From Vulcanimicrobiota bacterium (lineage in GTDB: Bacteria > Vulcanimicrobiota > Vulcanimicrobiia > Vulcanimicrobiales > Vulcanimicrobiaceae), in contig CAVTCS010000003.1 in assembly GCA_963733295.1 (NCBI GenBank), positions 1,824,001-1,888,000 of the forward strand: a stretch of 64,000 nt of DNA. Reading direction: 5' to 3'. Shown piece after piece: positions 18,628 to 28,196 of this stretch. The notes beneath the pieces are model-generated. The model saw only the letters and a list, made by a program, of their open reading frames with translations. It was not told the DNA's origin and did not search any database. Each line of letters opens with the position of its first letter. Position 1 is the stretch's first letter. The translations under genes were made by a program, and so were the position numbers.

Positions 18628-21249
18628 CTAAACCAGACCGTGTTCTCGGGCGATTCGAGCCGCCTCGATTCTCCCCTTACATCCGAGTTTTCTCAAAATC
18701 GCCTTTACGTGAGTATCTACTGTGCGAGGGCTTCGGTTGAGTTCGACCGCAATCGACTTGGTAGATCGACCCCTAGTAAGCGTTTGAAGTATCCGCATTT
18801 CGGTTGGAGTCAGGCCCGAGAGTCGATGCTGCACGCCAACACGCGTGACGGCGAGACTGTCCATGAGTAATGCAAAGCCGCCTAAGCCGCTCGATCGAAG
18901 ATCGCTAAGCGCTGCTTCAAATTCGTCGTTAGTTGATCCATTCGCGTTGGCAGAGAAAATCATTGCGACACGCCAGAGAAAGTAGAGGCCTGTCGTCTTG
19001 AGCAATCGTGAGCGTTCGAGCGTTCGTAGCCGTTCGACCCCCTGTCGTGGCCGACCGATTAGCGCATAAGTGACCGATAAGAGTAGCGTTGCCTTCACGA
19101 TTCTGTTCGAAAACCGCTGCCCAACATTTAGACCCGATTCGAGGTTCTCAATCTCTAACAGTTTCAGCTTCGCCTGTTCCCACAGGCCTGCCGCAGCGGC
19201 GTAAAGAGCAATCTCTGTGCGACGCAAGAATTGTTGTTCGAGGTTCGCATGAACATATGCGCTAGCGCCAAGTAAATCGCACGCGTCTTGATATTTCCCG
19301 TGCCATGCGAGCTGCATTGCCTTGGCGGGCAAAAGCGTCTCCTGCCACCGCGGATCGGAACGCCCTTCCAAAACATCCAATTTAGCCTCTAACTCGGAAA
19401 ATGCGTGTTCGTCACCACGCTCACTAGCGAGATCGCAGAGGCCCATCAGAGCGACCCGCGCTACCGCTGGGTCCCCAGCTAACTCGGCACATTCGAGCAT
19501 TCGAAGCAGATTCTCGGTCGTTCGTTCCTGATCTCCAGCCTCGCTGGACACGTTCGCTAGCGTTGAGTATGCACGCGCGGCTAGGTTATGAAGTCCATCC
19601 TGCTGCGCGACGGCAACTGATTTTGAGGCACAAGCCCTCGCCGTGTCAAATTTCCCAGCTCGAGTTGCGACGAATGCAGCGCTGTTAAGAACTGTAACCT
19701 CGAGTGCAGTGTCGTTTAAATGACAAGCTAAGTTTAGCGCGCGATCAATAGACTGGTTGGCAAGTTTGTGTTTGCCGCTTGCGCTTTGCGCAGCTGCTAA
19801 GGTTGCTGCCACGCGGCACCTCAGTCGACGATTACAAACCGATGCAAGCGGAATTGAGCCAAGGACGCGGCAGGCCTCCAAATGTCGATATTGGTTAATA
19901 AGTGACACAGCCGATCTTTGGGCAAAATCAGCTCGCTGGTCGCCACTACATTTCTTTACAATGCTGCTGAAAATCGCGTTCGAGGCTTCGAAGCGGCCCA
20001 GTCTTGCAAGAACCTCTGCCCTAAGGCCCGATAGTTCTATCCGATCTTTTTCGCGGTTAAAGTGGTCCGAGAACAGCTGTTTTCGCACTTCTTCAAGGAA
20101 CCCACGGTCCAAAAGACGCTGACCATGCTCGATCAAGACTCGCTCGACATCGCCAAACTCGTCTGCGTCTGCGTAAATCGAGAGCGCTCGCTCCATCAAT
20201 CCGCCCGACTCCAGTATCTGAGCTGTCTTGCGGAGAGTTGCCCGATACTCACTTCCGCCACGAAGCTTTAGTTGAAACTCCAGAAACGCGCGAAACAAGT
20301 CTTTATACTGATAGATATGCTCCGAAGCGTGATCTATCAGCGCCGTCTCCTTTTGCAATCGGAGGACCGTTGCAGCCGCGTCATCGTATCCGGCTTTACT
20401 GAGCATTTCAACTTCAATGTGCGGGAGCAAAGACGTGTCGCTCAAGAAACGTTGGTCACTCTTGTCTAGAGGATCAAATACCTGCTGAGCGATGTAACTG
20501 TAAAGGAGTTCGCGGGCCGCGGTGACGGCTTCTTGGACGTTTCTAGATCTGACAAATGCCGCCAAAGCGAAGGAAGTGGCAGCGGGCCATCCATCCGAGA
20601 AAGAAAAAAGAGCCGATGAAGCTTCATCGCTCAACTCGAGACGCCAAGAGGCCGCAATTTCGTGCATCTCTCTCGTTGTCAGGCGCAGATCGTATTCGTC
20701 AATCGGCAGACCAGCTGTTCCTTGCGCGAACCACGTCGCCATCGGCAGATCAAGGGAGCTGCGCGTCGCCAACACCCACCGCACCGAGGCCGGGGCTAGT
20801 TCGACGATTTCCGAGATCAGGTCACCGACACCGCACCGCCGCATGGCTCGATGTAGATCATCGATGACAATCGTGCCGTTCGCGTCGCTTAATGTGACCG
20901 CCAACTCTTGGAGCAAGTCCCTGCGGTGGTCACCACAGCCTCCGAAGGATCGCGGATCGTTGCGCGGGGCTGCCGCACTGGACCGCGTCTTGAAGCATGC
21001 TAGGAGGTCTTCGAGGAACCTTACGTGGTTCGCGTGCTCTTTGCGCACCTTTAACACGCCGAGCAAAGCAACGTGCTGCTTCACAAACTGATCCAATACG
21101 GTGGATTTCCCGAAGCCGGCTGGTGCCGCGATTACAGTTACCCGCGATCGCGTTGCCGAAAGCAGCCGTCTCAGGAGTCGATCCCGGTCTATGGCGACAA
21201 AATATGTACTGAACTCCGGTCTAAGTCGCGAAGACACCAAGCCGTCCAT
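18628..21249 (-). CDS. MalT-like LuxR-family regulator (P-loop ATPase, TPR-like region, LuxR HTH)
   Basis: APAGFGKS Walker A, IVIDD Walker B, GWPA, C-terminal LTPTEMRIL...TVDTHVKAILRKLG. Confidence 0.9.
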   Translation of the reverse strand: MDGLVSSRLRPEFSTYFVAIDRDRLLRRLLSATRSRVTVIAAPAGFGKSTVLDQFVKQHVALLGVLKVRKEHANHVRFLEDLLACFKTRSSAAAPRNDPRSFGGCGDHRRDLLQELAVTLSDANGTIVIDDLHRAMRRCGVGDLISEIVELAPASVRWVLATRSSLDLPMATWFAQGTAGLPIDEYDLRLTTREMHEIAASWRLELSDEASSALFSFSDGWPAATSFALAAFVRSRNVQEAVTAARELLYSYIAQQVFDPLDKSDQRFLSDTSLLPHIEVEMLSKAGYDDAAATVLRLQKETALIDHASEHIYQYKDLFRAFLEFQLKLRGGSEYRATLRKTAQILESGGLMERALSIYADADEFGDVERVLIEHGQRLLDRGFLEEVRKQLFSDHFNREKDRIELSGLRAEVLARLGRFEASNAIFSSIVKKCSGDQRADFAQRSAVSLINQYRHLEACRVLGSIPLASVCNRRLRCRVAATLAAAQSASGKHKLANQSIDRALNLACHLNDTALEVTVLNSAAFVATRAGKFDTARACASKSVAVAQQDGLHNLAARAYSTLANVSSEAGDQERTTENLLRMLECAELAGDPAVARVALMGLCDLASERGDEHAFSELEAKLDVLEGRSDPRWQETLLPAKAMQLAWHGKYQDACDLLGASAYVHANLEQQFLRRTEIALYAAAAGLWEQAKLKLLEIENLESGLNVGQRFSNRIVKATLLLSVTYALIGRPRQGVERLRTLERSRLLKTTGLYFLWRVAMIFSANANGSTNDEFEAALSDLRSSGLGGFALLMDSLAVTRVGVQHRLSGLTPTEMRILQTLTRGRSTKSIAVELNRSPRTVDTHVKAILRKLGCKGRIEAARIAREHGLV

Positions 21250-21549
21250 TTGCGAAGGGGATGAATCTTTACGGCAGCGATACTGCCACGACCTACCAGC
21301 GCTGAGTGGCTGAGCATCAACGAGCGTGAACTCGCGTCCTTCGTTTCCGCGCTGTTAACAGACGCTTTCTGTCAACCTCACTGGCGAGGCACTGCCGGCC
21401 GCCGAACGGCGCCCGCGCTCCATCTATGCATTCGAGCGCGGATCGACCCTAAGCTCGAGCGAAAAATCTCTGCCGAGCCGTCGCAGAATAAGAATGGGCC
21501 GAGAAGGTTGTCTTCAACAATTCTTTCCCACGCACCGCGTCACCAGATC

Positions 21550-21852
21550 TCAAGATGATTGAGATGCTTGTAGGAGCGTGACGTTGCCCTGTAGATATCG
21601 GGTGACGGCGGTTGGCGAAATCGTCAGTGGAAGTTGTGGACATGGTCTTGGCCAGACTACGATCGAGTAGGAACCTGATAGTATCACGTCCTGCTTTTTC
21701 GATTGGGCGAAGCACGGCGCGAGCTCGTTGGGTTTCACTAAGATCCCCGTATAAGTGTAGATTTGTCCGTTCGACTTTAGCTGCACTTGAGCCGTCGACC
21801 CGATGGGTGGACTGGCGATCGCTAGGATGAGAGTCAGCGCGAGCGCGTACAT
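21550..21852 (-). CDS. Small secreted hypothetical protein
   Basis: Signal peptide. Start overlaps the upstream stop (TAATG). Confidence 0.6.
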   Translation of the reverse strand: MYALALTLILAIASPPIGSTAQVQLKSNGQIYTYTGILVKPNELAPCFAQSKKQDVILSGSYSIVVWPRPCPQLPLTISPTAVTRYLQGNVTLLQASQSS

Positions 21853-22517
21853 TACGGCGATCCACCAGGGGGCATCGAGTCGATATAGTCGACGGCAGTT
21901 TGCGGGACGACGTAGACGTGAGGATTTGGCGGCGCGTTCGGCTGACGCGGATCCGGCGGTTGTTTGTAGTAGACGAAAAGAATCGTGCTGGTTTGATCGA
22001 TGATGGTCGTCCGGCTGCCGTCACTCAAGAGATCACCGGCCACACCGGCGTACGCAGGGTTGATGTGCACGCTTGAGCCGGCTTCCGCTCCCGAGCTGAT
22101 TTCTTGAACGCGAGCGGCCGCCGTGTCACGAGCAAGGGTATCAAGACAAGGGAAAGCGAGGATCAAGAGTATCGCTGCTTCCAGTGCAACGAGCGCGCGC
22201 ACCAGCGTGAGGTGCGCTCCCTTTTGGAAGGTACTCCCCGCGAACCACGTCACCCCTAACACGAGCGCTGCCACCACAATCCCAACAACAACCTTCCCCC
22301 AGTTTTCGAGCAAGACTCGATACGCGTCGAAGATCAACGTGTTGAACGACGCGTCCATCATGTAGCTGGGGAGATTGAACTGGCCAACATACAGGTAATT
22401 GCGATACGCGAGGCCCGCGAACACCATGAAGATCGCGATCAGAAACGCGAGATCGCGCGTCGTCGATAAGACAAACGCGACACCTGTTTTCCCGCTCGAG
22501 CTCGAATCGTCTGCCAT
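21852..22517 (-). CDS. Hypothetical membrane protein (about three TM)
   Basis: AAGGA RBS before ATG 22517 (MADDSSSSGK). Hydrophobic helices. Confidence 0.7.
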   Translation of the reverse strand: MADDSSSSGKTGVAFVLSTTRDLAFLIAIFMVFAGLAYRNYLYVGQFNLPSYMMDASFNTLIFDAYRVLLENWGKVVVGIVVAALVLGVTWFAGSTFQKGAHLTLVRALVALEAAILLILAFPCLDTLARDTAAARVQEISSGAEAGSSVHINPAYAGVAGDLLSDGSRTTIIDQTSTILFVYYKQPPDPRQPNAPPNPHVYVVPQTAVDYIDSMPPGGSP

Positions 22518-22528
22518 CTCTTTCCTTT

Positions 22529-23876
22529 CTAGGGCCGGGCGAGCGCGAAGCCTTGCAAGAAGGCCCACGCGACTTGCGGGCCATCCACGTCGCCGTGACT
22601 CGAAATGAAGGCGTCGCCCTTCAGATTGCGGATGAGCTTCCCGGCGGGAAGCGCAGCATACGAAGCCGCGCCGTCGAGCAAGGTGTCGTCGAAGGCTTCG
22701 TCGGTCTGCTCGGCGCCGCTGGCGCCCATTCCGCCCCACTCGCTGTTCGAGGTATCCGGAGTATCGATCGTCGGAAGAGCCGAGGCCGAATCGCGCGCGA
22801 TGAAGGACGCGATCGGATAGGCGCCGCCGACCGCCCAGTCGTGCGAGCTGTGCGTGATCTGAATGATGTCGCGCACCTTCTTCTTCGTCACGACGTCTCG
22901 GAATGCGCCGATCGGGCGGCTCCCATCCGGGGGCGCCGGTGCAAGGCCGTAGTGCGAGTACGCCGCCTGAAGCAGCGACATCGTCCGGGCTTGCACGCCA
23001 TCCGGCAGCGCGTTCGCAAGCGAGGTGACGAGGCGCCCCCCGAAGCTATGTCCGACGAGATGCACCCGAAGCGACGGTTTTGCTTGGAGCGCTTTTGCGA
23101 TGAGCGGCGCGGCGCCGTTCTGACCGACGGTGCCGGCCCTTTCCTTCATGACGTAGTACGTCGTGAGGTTCAGGAGCATGTTCGCAGCCTGCTGCACCGC
23201 CGCGATCGGATTGAACCCCGCGGCGCCGCCGCTCGAGGTCGCGACGGCCGAAACGCCCAGCTGCGTTTGAATGTTCTGGAGGATCTGCGATCCGCTCGAG
23301 CTCGCGAGAGCGCCCGCGCCCGGGTCAAGACCACCGTCCGGTTCACCGGTAGTTTTCGGGAACAGCGCCGTCAGCGCCGCGACGTACGCGTTTTGACCCG
23401 CGGGGCTGTCCAGCAGCCGGCACTTGCTGGAGGGCCGTGTTGAGGAGTTGCTGTTCGGCCGGCCCGAACTGACCGAACGCGTCCTTGAGATTCGCAATCT
23501 GCGTCGCGATCGCTGCGCCGTAGTCAGTCGGAGCGGGATCTTGAACCGCAGCTGCGCCTCCCGGGATCAAGTCGCTCTCGTCGAACCGCTTGGATGGCCA
23601 ATACAGCGCGACGACGCCCGTGCGTTGCTGATCCGCCGAACTCAGTCCCGCGGCGCTCCACGCCTTGGCAACGCTCGTGAAGAAGCCGCTGTACAGGGCG
23701 CGCGCCTCGTCGATGTCGTTGTTCCAGCCGTGCGAGATCACGATCAGGTCGTCGATGCCCGGGAGCATCGCCGCGATCGCGGCTTCGGCTCCCGTGCCGT
23801 CGATTGCGCCGAGCGGCGTGATTGCGGCGTTCTTATCGAACGGGACCTCGACGGTCGCAAACGGATCGAAGTTCAT
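22529..23876 (-). pseudogene. Alpha/beta hydrolase, split by an extra base near 23417
   Basis: N-terminal part SHGWNND...LYWPSK. C-terminal part TYYVMKERAGTVG and HLVGHSFGGR. Frames join at CCG-G-CTG. Confidence 0.75.
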
Positions 23877-23888
23877 GTCATCCTCTCG

Positions 23889-25742
23889 CTAGACTGCCTG
23901 AATCGCGCGCATCACGTCGACCAGTCCCGAACCTTGAAACGCGCGGTCGCGCTTGAGATCCGTGGCGTTGTCGACGAACAGCGCTTTGACGGTCTCCGGC
24001 TGCCCGATGTACTCTCTGCGAATCGAAAGAAAGCTTGCGATGAGGCCCGAGACGTGCGGCGCGGCCATGCTCGTTCCCGAGTCTTCGCGGTAGGTGTAAC
24101 CGTCGGCCGGAACCGTCTTCGTCGTTCCGTCCGGATTCGAGATCGTCACGGGGAGGCGACTCTGCGCCGATGCGCACGAGATGATGCGCTCGCCCGGCGC
24201 GACAAGGTCGGGCTTCATGCGGCCGTCACCGGTCGGACCCTTCGACGAGAAGTACGAAATGCCGTACAGATGCGGCTCTTCGCGATGGGTCGAGCCGACC
24301 GTGATCGCCAGGTCCGCGTTCCCCGGATCGTTGATCGTTTGGGCGAGCGTTGCGGCCCAGCCGCCCAGATACGCACTGCTCAACGTGCCGTAGCCGGAAT
24401 TGCCGGCGGCCGTTACGACGACGACCCCGGAGCGGACGAGCCGGTTCACCTCGACGCACAGCGGACTCTGGCCGCAGGCAAACCACTTCGCGTCGAACGG
24501 ATACCCGACACTCAGGTTCACGCCCGCGATCACGATGCGGCGTCCGTACGAGTTCAGCTGTTGAATCGCTTCAAACGCGTCGATGATGGTCGAGACCTGG
24601 CCTCCACCTTGGTTGTCGAGAACCCGCATGCTCACGAGTTTGCATTTCGGGGCCATGCCGGTGATCACGGGCGGAAATTCGAGGGCGCGCTCGTCGGCGC
24701 CGGAGCCGTTGCGCGACATGCGCAGGATCGTCGCTCGCGGGGCGGGATCGGCCGCGGGCGGAGCGGTCCAGCTTCCCGCAATGATGCCGGCGACGTGCGT
24801 TCCATGTCCGAACGCATCGACGACGGCGCCCGGATCGTCCTTGGTCACGTCGGTCGACGGCGGCAGCGTTCCGCTGAAGTCGCGATGGCGTAGCGGACGC
24901 ACCGGATCGAGGACGAGGTTCCCATTTTCCTTGAAGTGCGGATGCGTGACATCGATGCCTGAATCGAGGACGGCCCAGACGATTCCGACCCCAGAGGCGC
25001 TGTAGGCGACGTGCGCCGCATCGGCTTTCACCGTTGCGATCGACTTCGTGATGAGACCCTGCACGCGACTGTCTTCCCAAATTTGGTGAATCGCGACCGG
25101 GCCGGTCCCCGGATTGCGATCCAGATCGACGAGCCCACGGATCTGTGCGCCGGTCATCGTCGCGAAGACGTACGGATGCGATGCGTCGTCGTTGGCCCGG
25201 TACCGGATCGGACTGCCCGACCGCGTGGCTAACACCTCGATGCAACGGACGACGCTTTGGCGTGCGGCCTGCGTCCCCGCCGAGTGCGCCGCGTTCAAGA
25301 CGATGATGCAGTCAAACGTGTCGTCGGGCGAGTTTCGGATCTTCGAGGCCAGCGGCTCGGAGATGATTCGCTGAACGAGCTCCTCGGGATTGAAGACGCC
25401 GGTCTCGTCCAAGATCGATTGGTCGCGACGGAACTCGACGGGCAGCCCCGCTTCGAGCTGCCCGTCGAGCGCGAGGACATGCGCGCCGGTCAGCGTTGCG
25501 TACAGATACGGAGAATCCGACTGTGCGCCGCTCCAGGTGATGCCCTCTGCCTGCGCGAGCTGGAGGGTCTGCATCGCCGATGCGACCTTCTGCAGCGTCG
25601 CACCGATATTGCCGTATCCGCTCGCCGGATCGACGTTTGCCGCCGGAACGACCCGCACCACGACCTTGAAGCACGCGGCCGGCGTCTGATGCGCGAGATC
25701 GCGAAGCGGCTGAGTGATCCGGCTTCCGTTGACGTCGTTCAT
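23889..25742 (-). CDS. S8 family subtilisin-like serine protease with N-terminal prodomain(s), no signal peptide
   Basis: Catalytic triad motifs VLDSG, HGTHVAG and GTSMAAPHV, plus AAGNSG. Confidence 0.92.
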   Translation of the reverse strand: MNDVNGSRITQPLRDLAHQTPAACFKVVVRVVPAANVDPASGYGNIGATLQKVASAMQTLQLAQAEGITWSGAQSDSPYLYATLTGAHVLALDGQLEAGLPVEFRRDQSILDETGVFNPEELVQRIISEPLASKIRNSPDDTFDCIIVLNAAHSAGTQAARQSVVRCIEVLATRSGSPIRYRANDDASHPYVFATMTGAQIRGLVDLDRNPGTGPVAIHQIWEDSRVQGLITKSIATVKADAAHVAYSASGVGIVWAVLDSGIDVTHPHFKENGNLVLDPVRPLRHRDFSGTLPPSTDVTKDDPGAVVDAFGHGTHVAGIIAGSWTAPPAADPAPRATILRMSRNGSGADERALEFPPVITGMAPKCKLVSMRVLDNQGGGQVSTIIDAFEAIQQLNSYGRRIVIAGVNLSVGYPFDAKWFACGQSPLCVEVNRLVRSGVVVVTAAGNSGYGTLSSAYLGGWAATLAQTINDPGNADLAITVGSTHREEPHLYGISYFSSKGPTGDGRMKPDLVAPGERIISCASAQSRLPVTISNPDGTTKTVPADGYTYREDSGTSMAAPHVSGLIASFLSIRREYIGQPETVKALFVDNATDLKRDRAFQGSGLVDVMRAIQAV

Positions 25743-25838
25743 GAGCAGCTGCGGCGACCCCCCGAACTCAAACGCGTAACCAGAAGCCGGTACATACCGC
25801 TCGTTTCCCCAAGGATGTACACCGGAGCCTCTCCGTGT

Positions 25839-26399
25839 CTAGAATTTGAAGTTCGTCCAATCGGCCGTGTCGCCCATCGATGCGGCCGTGAAGTCGATCC
25901 ACGATTGGAAGACGGCGGCGCCGTAATCCTGTCCTGTCGTCCAAGCGTCGGGGCTCAAGCCTTGTTTGAGCTCTTGCTGCACGTTGCCCGCGCCGACGTT
26001 GTACGCGGCAAACACCGCGAGATGATTGTCGGGGAACATGGTGAGCAGCGGCTCGACGAATTCGTGCGCGCAGACGCGGAGATTGGTTTGCGGATCCAAG
26101 AGCGGTCCGTAACCCGGATACGTCGGTGCGGACGAAACGCTCCAGTCGACGCCACTTGTGATCTGCGTCAAGCCGACACCGCAACCGGGCCCTGGCGGCA
26201 TGCCGATCTGAAGGATGTTCTGGCCGCCGGTTTCGCGAGCGACGATCGCCGCAAGCATGCAAGGTTGGACTAGGTCGGTTGCTTTCGCTGCAGCCAAATA
26301 TTGCGCGGCGTACGCTTGCAGCGCGGGGCGCCACGGAACGTTGAAAGCCGGGCGAAGCTGCGCGCCTTTCGTGGCGATTTGAGAAACGGTCAATACCAT
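25839..26399 (-). CDS. Lytic transglycosylase, SLT/GH23 family (copy B)
   Basis: About 80% identical by eye to 8011..8574, with the same motifs and the same CAGGAGGTAAACCGC leader. Confidence 0.85.
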   Translation of the reverse strand: MVLTVSQIATKGAQLRPAFNVPWRPALQAYAAQYLAAAKATDLVQPCMLAAIVARETGGQNILQIGMPPGPGCGVGLTQITSGVDWSVSSAPTYPGYGPLLDPQTNLRVCAHEFVEPLLTMFPDNHLAVFAAYNVGAGNVQQELKQGLSPDAWTTGQDYGAAVFQSWIDFTAASMGDTADWTNFKF

Positions 26400-26421
26400 G
26401 GCGGTTTACCTCCTGCCGCCG

Positions 26422-26452
26422 ATGCTAGTCCGCCCGCGTCCCAAAATCGTCC
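26422..26452 (-). promoter_or_regulatory. Shared promoter motif copy 3: GGACG-attttg-GGAC-N10-TAGCAT
   Basis: Upstream of SLT-B. Confidence 0.75.
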
Positions 26453-26476
26453 TCGCTCTGAAAACTTAACCCAGCC

Positions 26477-27889
26477 CTACGCTATTGCGGCCATACCCAA
26501 AGCAGCCTTGATCGCGATAATGGCAATCGGGACACCGACGTCCTTTGCTACGCCGAGGAGCCACGTGCCGCTCCGCTTGAGCGCCTCGAGAATCTTCGAC
26601 CGATTGTTCGAATCCGAGGCCGCCTTGGCGGCTGCAAGATCCTCGGTCGCTTCTTTCTTTTCGGGACCGTCGGGCAAAGTCGCAAGATGGCTCTGCAACT
26701 TTTCGAGTTCGCCGCTGAGCTCCGTCAGGTTGATGTTGTCGATCGTCGTGACATTGGTCTTCGAGATTGTCCCCTGATTGTCGACGTTCACCTGAACGTC
26801 GGAGGAATTTTGCAGGTTAAAGTTGTTCACGATGTCGCCTTTTCGGGAGTACAGGGCATCCGCTCTGCTTCGCAATGAGGGATCGGCCTTTTCCAGGCTT
26901 TCTAAGATTGAGTCGCGCCGACCTGGATCGATCGCGTCGCTGACCGCGAGTGAAAGATCGGCGAGCTCGCGGTCTTTTCCGGCCAACTTCCGGGTCGTAG
27001 ACTCGCTCTTCCCTATACGAACGAACGACTCAAGTAAGCAGTCCGTGAAGACCTTGGAATCACCGGAGATTCTAGCCGACGTCAGATTGTCGAGCAGTAA
27101 GCCCAGACACTCGTATTCTTCGTGGAGCCTCACGAGACTCAAGCGAAGGTGACGTGCGACGGTTCGATCGAAGCCGGGCTTTAACGTCGCAACCCACATC
27201 GGGAAGCGTGCCTTCTTCAGCGATACTTCCCGGTATTGAATCGCGAGCCCGAACTCCGCGCGCAGAGGCGGACCCGGGCGCCCGCGATAGGGGAACTCGA
27301 TCGCCTCGCCTTCGAGCCGCTCGAGATAAAGCACGGGGCGCCCGGCCTCGACCCACCAAGAAGGCGACGGGCGCGACGCAACGGCGCTTTTCTTCGTCGT
27401 TGCGCGATAGTAGAGACAACGCAGCGGATCGACGGCAGAGGCTACGTCGCAAAGAGTTCTTTTTCCGAACGCGTCGCTTATCGATAGGGGTGTGGCGAGA
27501 AAATCTTCGATGAACTTCGTGGTCGCTTCGGCGTCGAGGCTAATTGGCTCTTGCGCCGGTCCCGCGTTGGTCAGCGCAAGGCCGACTTCGAATCGCGCTG
27601 CCAAGCGTCCATCGAAATATAACCGACGAAACGCGAAATGCCGGCGCAAGGTGCTGCCGTTCTTGAACGGGCCGAGGCCGACGAAACGGATCCCTCGGTC
27701 CGCGACGCAGAAAGAGTCTTCACCCCAACCGTTGAGGCCGCCGCGCGGGCGATGCATGATCGCCCCGAGGAAGCGAACGTATTGCTTTCCCTCGAGCGGG
27801 AAAGGCCACCCTGGCCGATCGAGACGACCGGTCGGTTCATCACCCAGGTGACGAAGGTCCGCGATCGGATAGTGAATCGTGATGAGCAT
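26477..27889 (-). CDS. Hypothetical protein (470 aa) with Asn-rich linker and C-terminal helical/amphipathic domain
   Basis: Long ORF. C-terminus LKRSGTWLLGVAKDVGVPIAIIAIKAALG. Confidence 0.75.
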   Translation of the reverse strand: MLITIHYPIADLRHLGDEPTGRLDRPGWPFPLEGKQYVRFLGAIMHRPRGGLNGWGEDSFCVADRGIRFVGLGPFKNGSTLRRHFAFRRLYFDGRLAARFEVGLALTNAGPAQEPISLDAEATTKFIEDFLATPLSISDAFGKRTLCDVASAVDPLRCLYYRATTKKSAVASRPSPSWWVEAGRPVLYLERLEGEAIEFPYRGRPGPPLRAEFGLAIQYREVSLKKARFPMWVATLKPGFDRTVARHLRLSLVRLHEEYECLGLLLDNLTSARISGDSKVFTDCLLESFVRIGKSESTTRKLAGKDRELADLSLAVSDAIDPGRRDSILESLEKADPSLRSRADALYSRKGDIVNNFNLQNSSDVQVNVDNQGTISKTNVTTIDNINLTELSGELEKLQSHLATLPDGPEKKEATEDLAAAKAASDSNNRSKILEALKRSGTWLLGVAKDVGVPIAIIAIKAALGMAAIA

Positions 27890-28110
27890 CCACCACCGTC
27901 ACCCTAGTGATGAGACAAATGCCCCACGCGACCGAGCGCCATGGAGCTACCCTTCTTTTGCATAAGCTGTGCGCCACCGATGCGTTAACACCAGCGGTGG
28001 ATCCCTATCGTAGCGGCTTATTGACGGGCAGTCAACTTGGTGGAGGGGCGACCGGCGAGCAAAGCCGGTGCACGAAACGCGCCGCAAATGGCTGAGAAAA
28101 CCGCCGATGT

Positions 28111-28141
28111 GGACGATTCGAGGACGGTCGCGCGCTATCAT
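28111..28141 (+). promoter_or_regulatory. Shared promoter motif copy 4: GGACG-attcga-GGAC-N10-TATCAT
   Basis: Upstream of the metalloprotease gene. Confidence 0.7.
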
Positions 28142-28196
28142 ATGTTCGTGGGGCGCCCGGACCATGGGCGCGCCGCTCCACGTGAGGTGCTTATCC

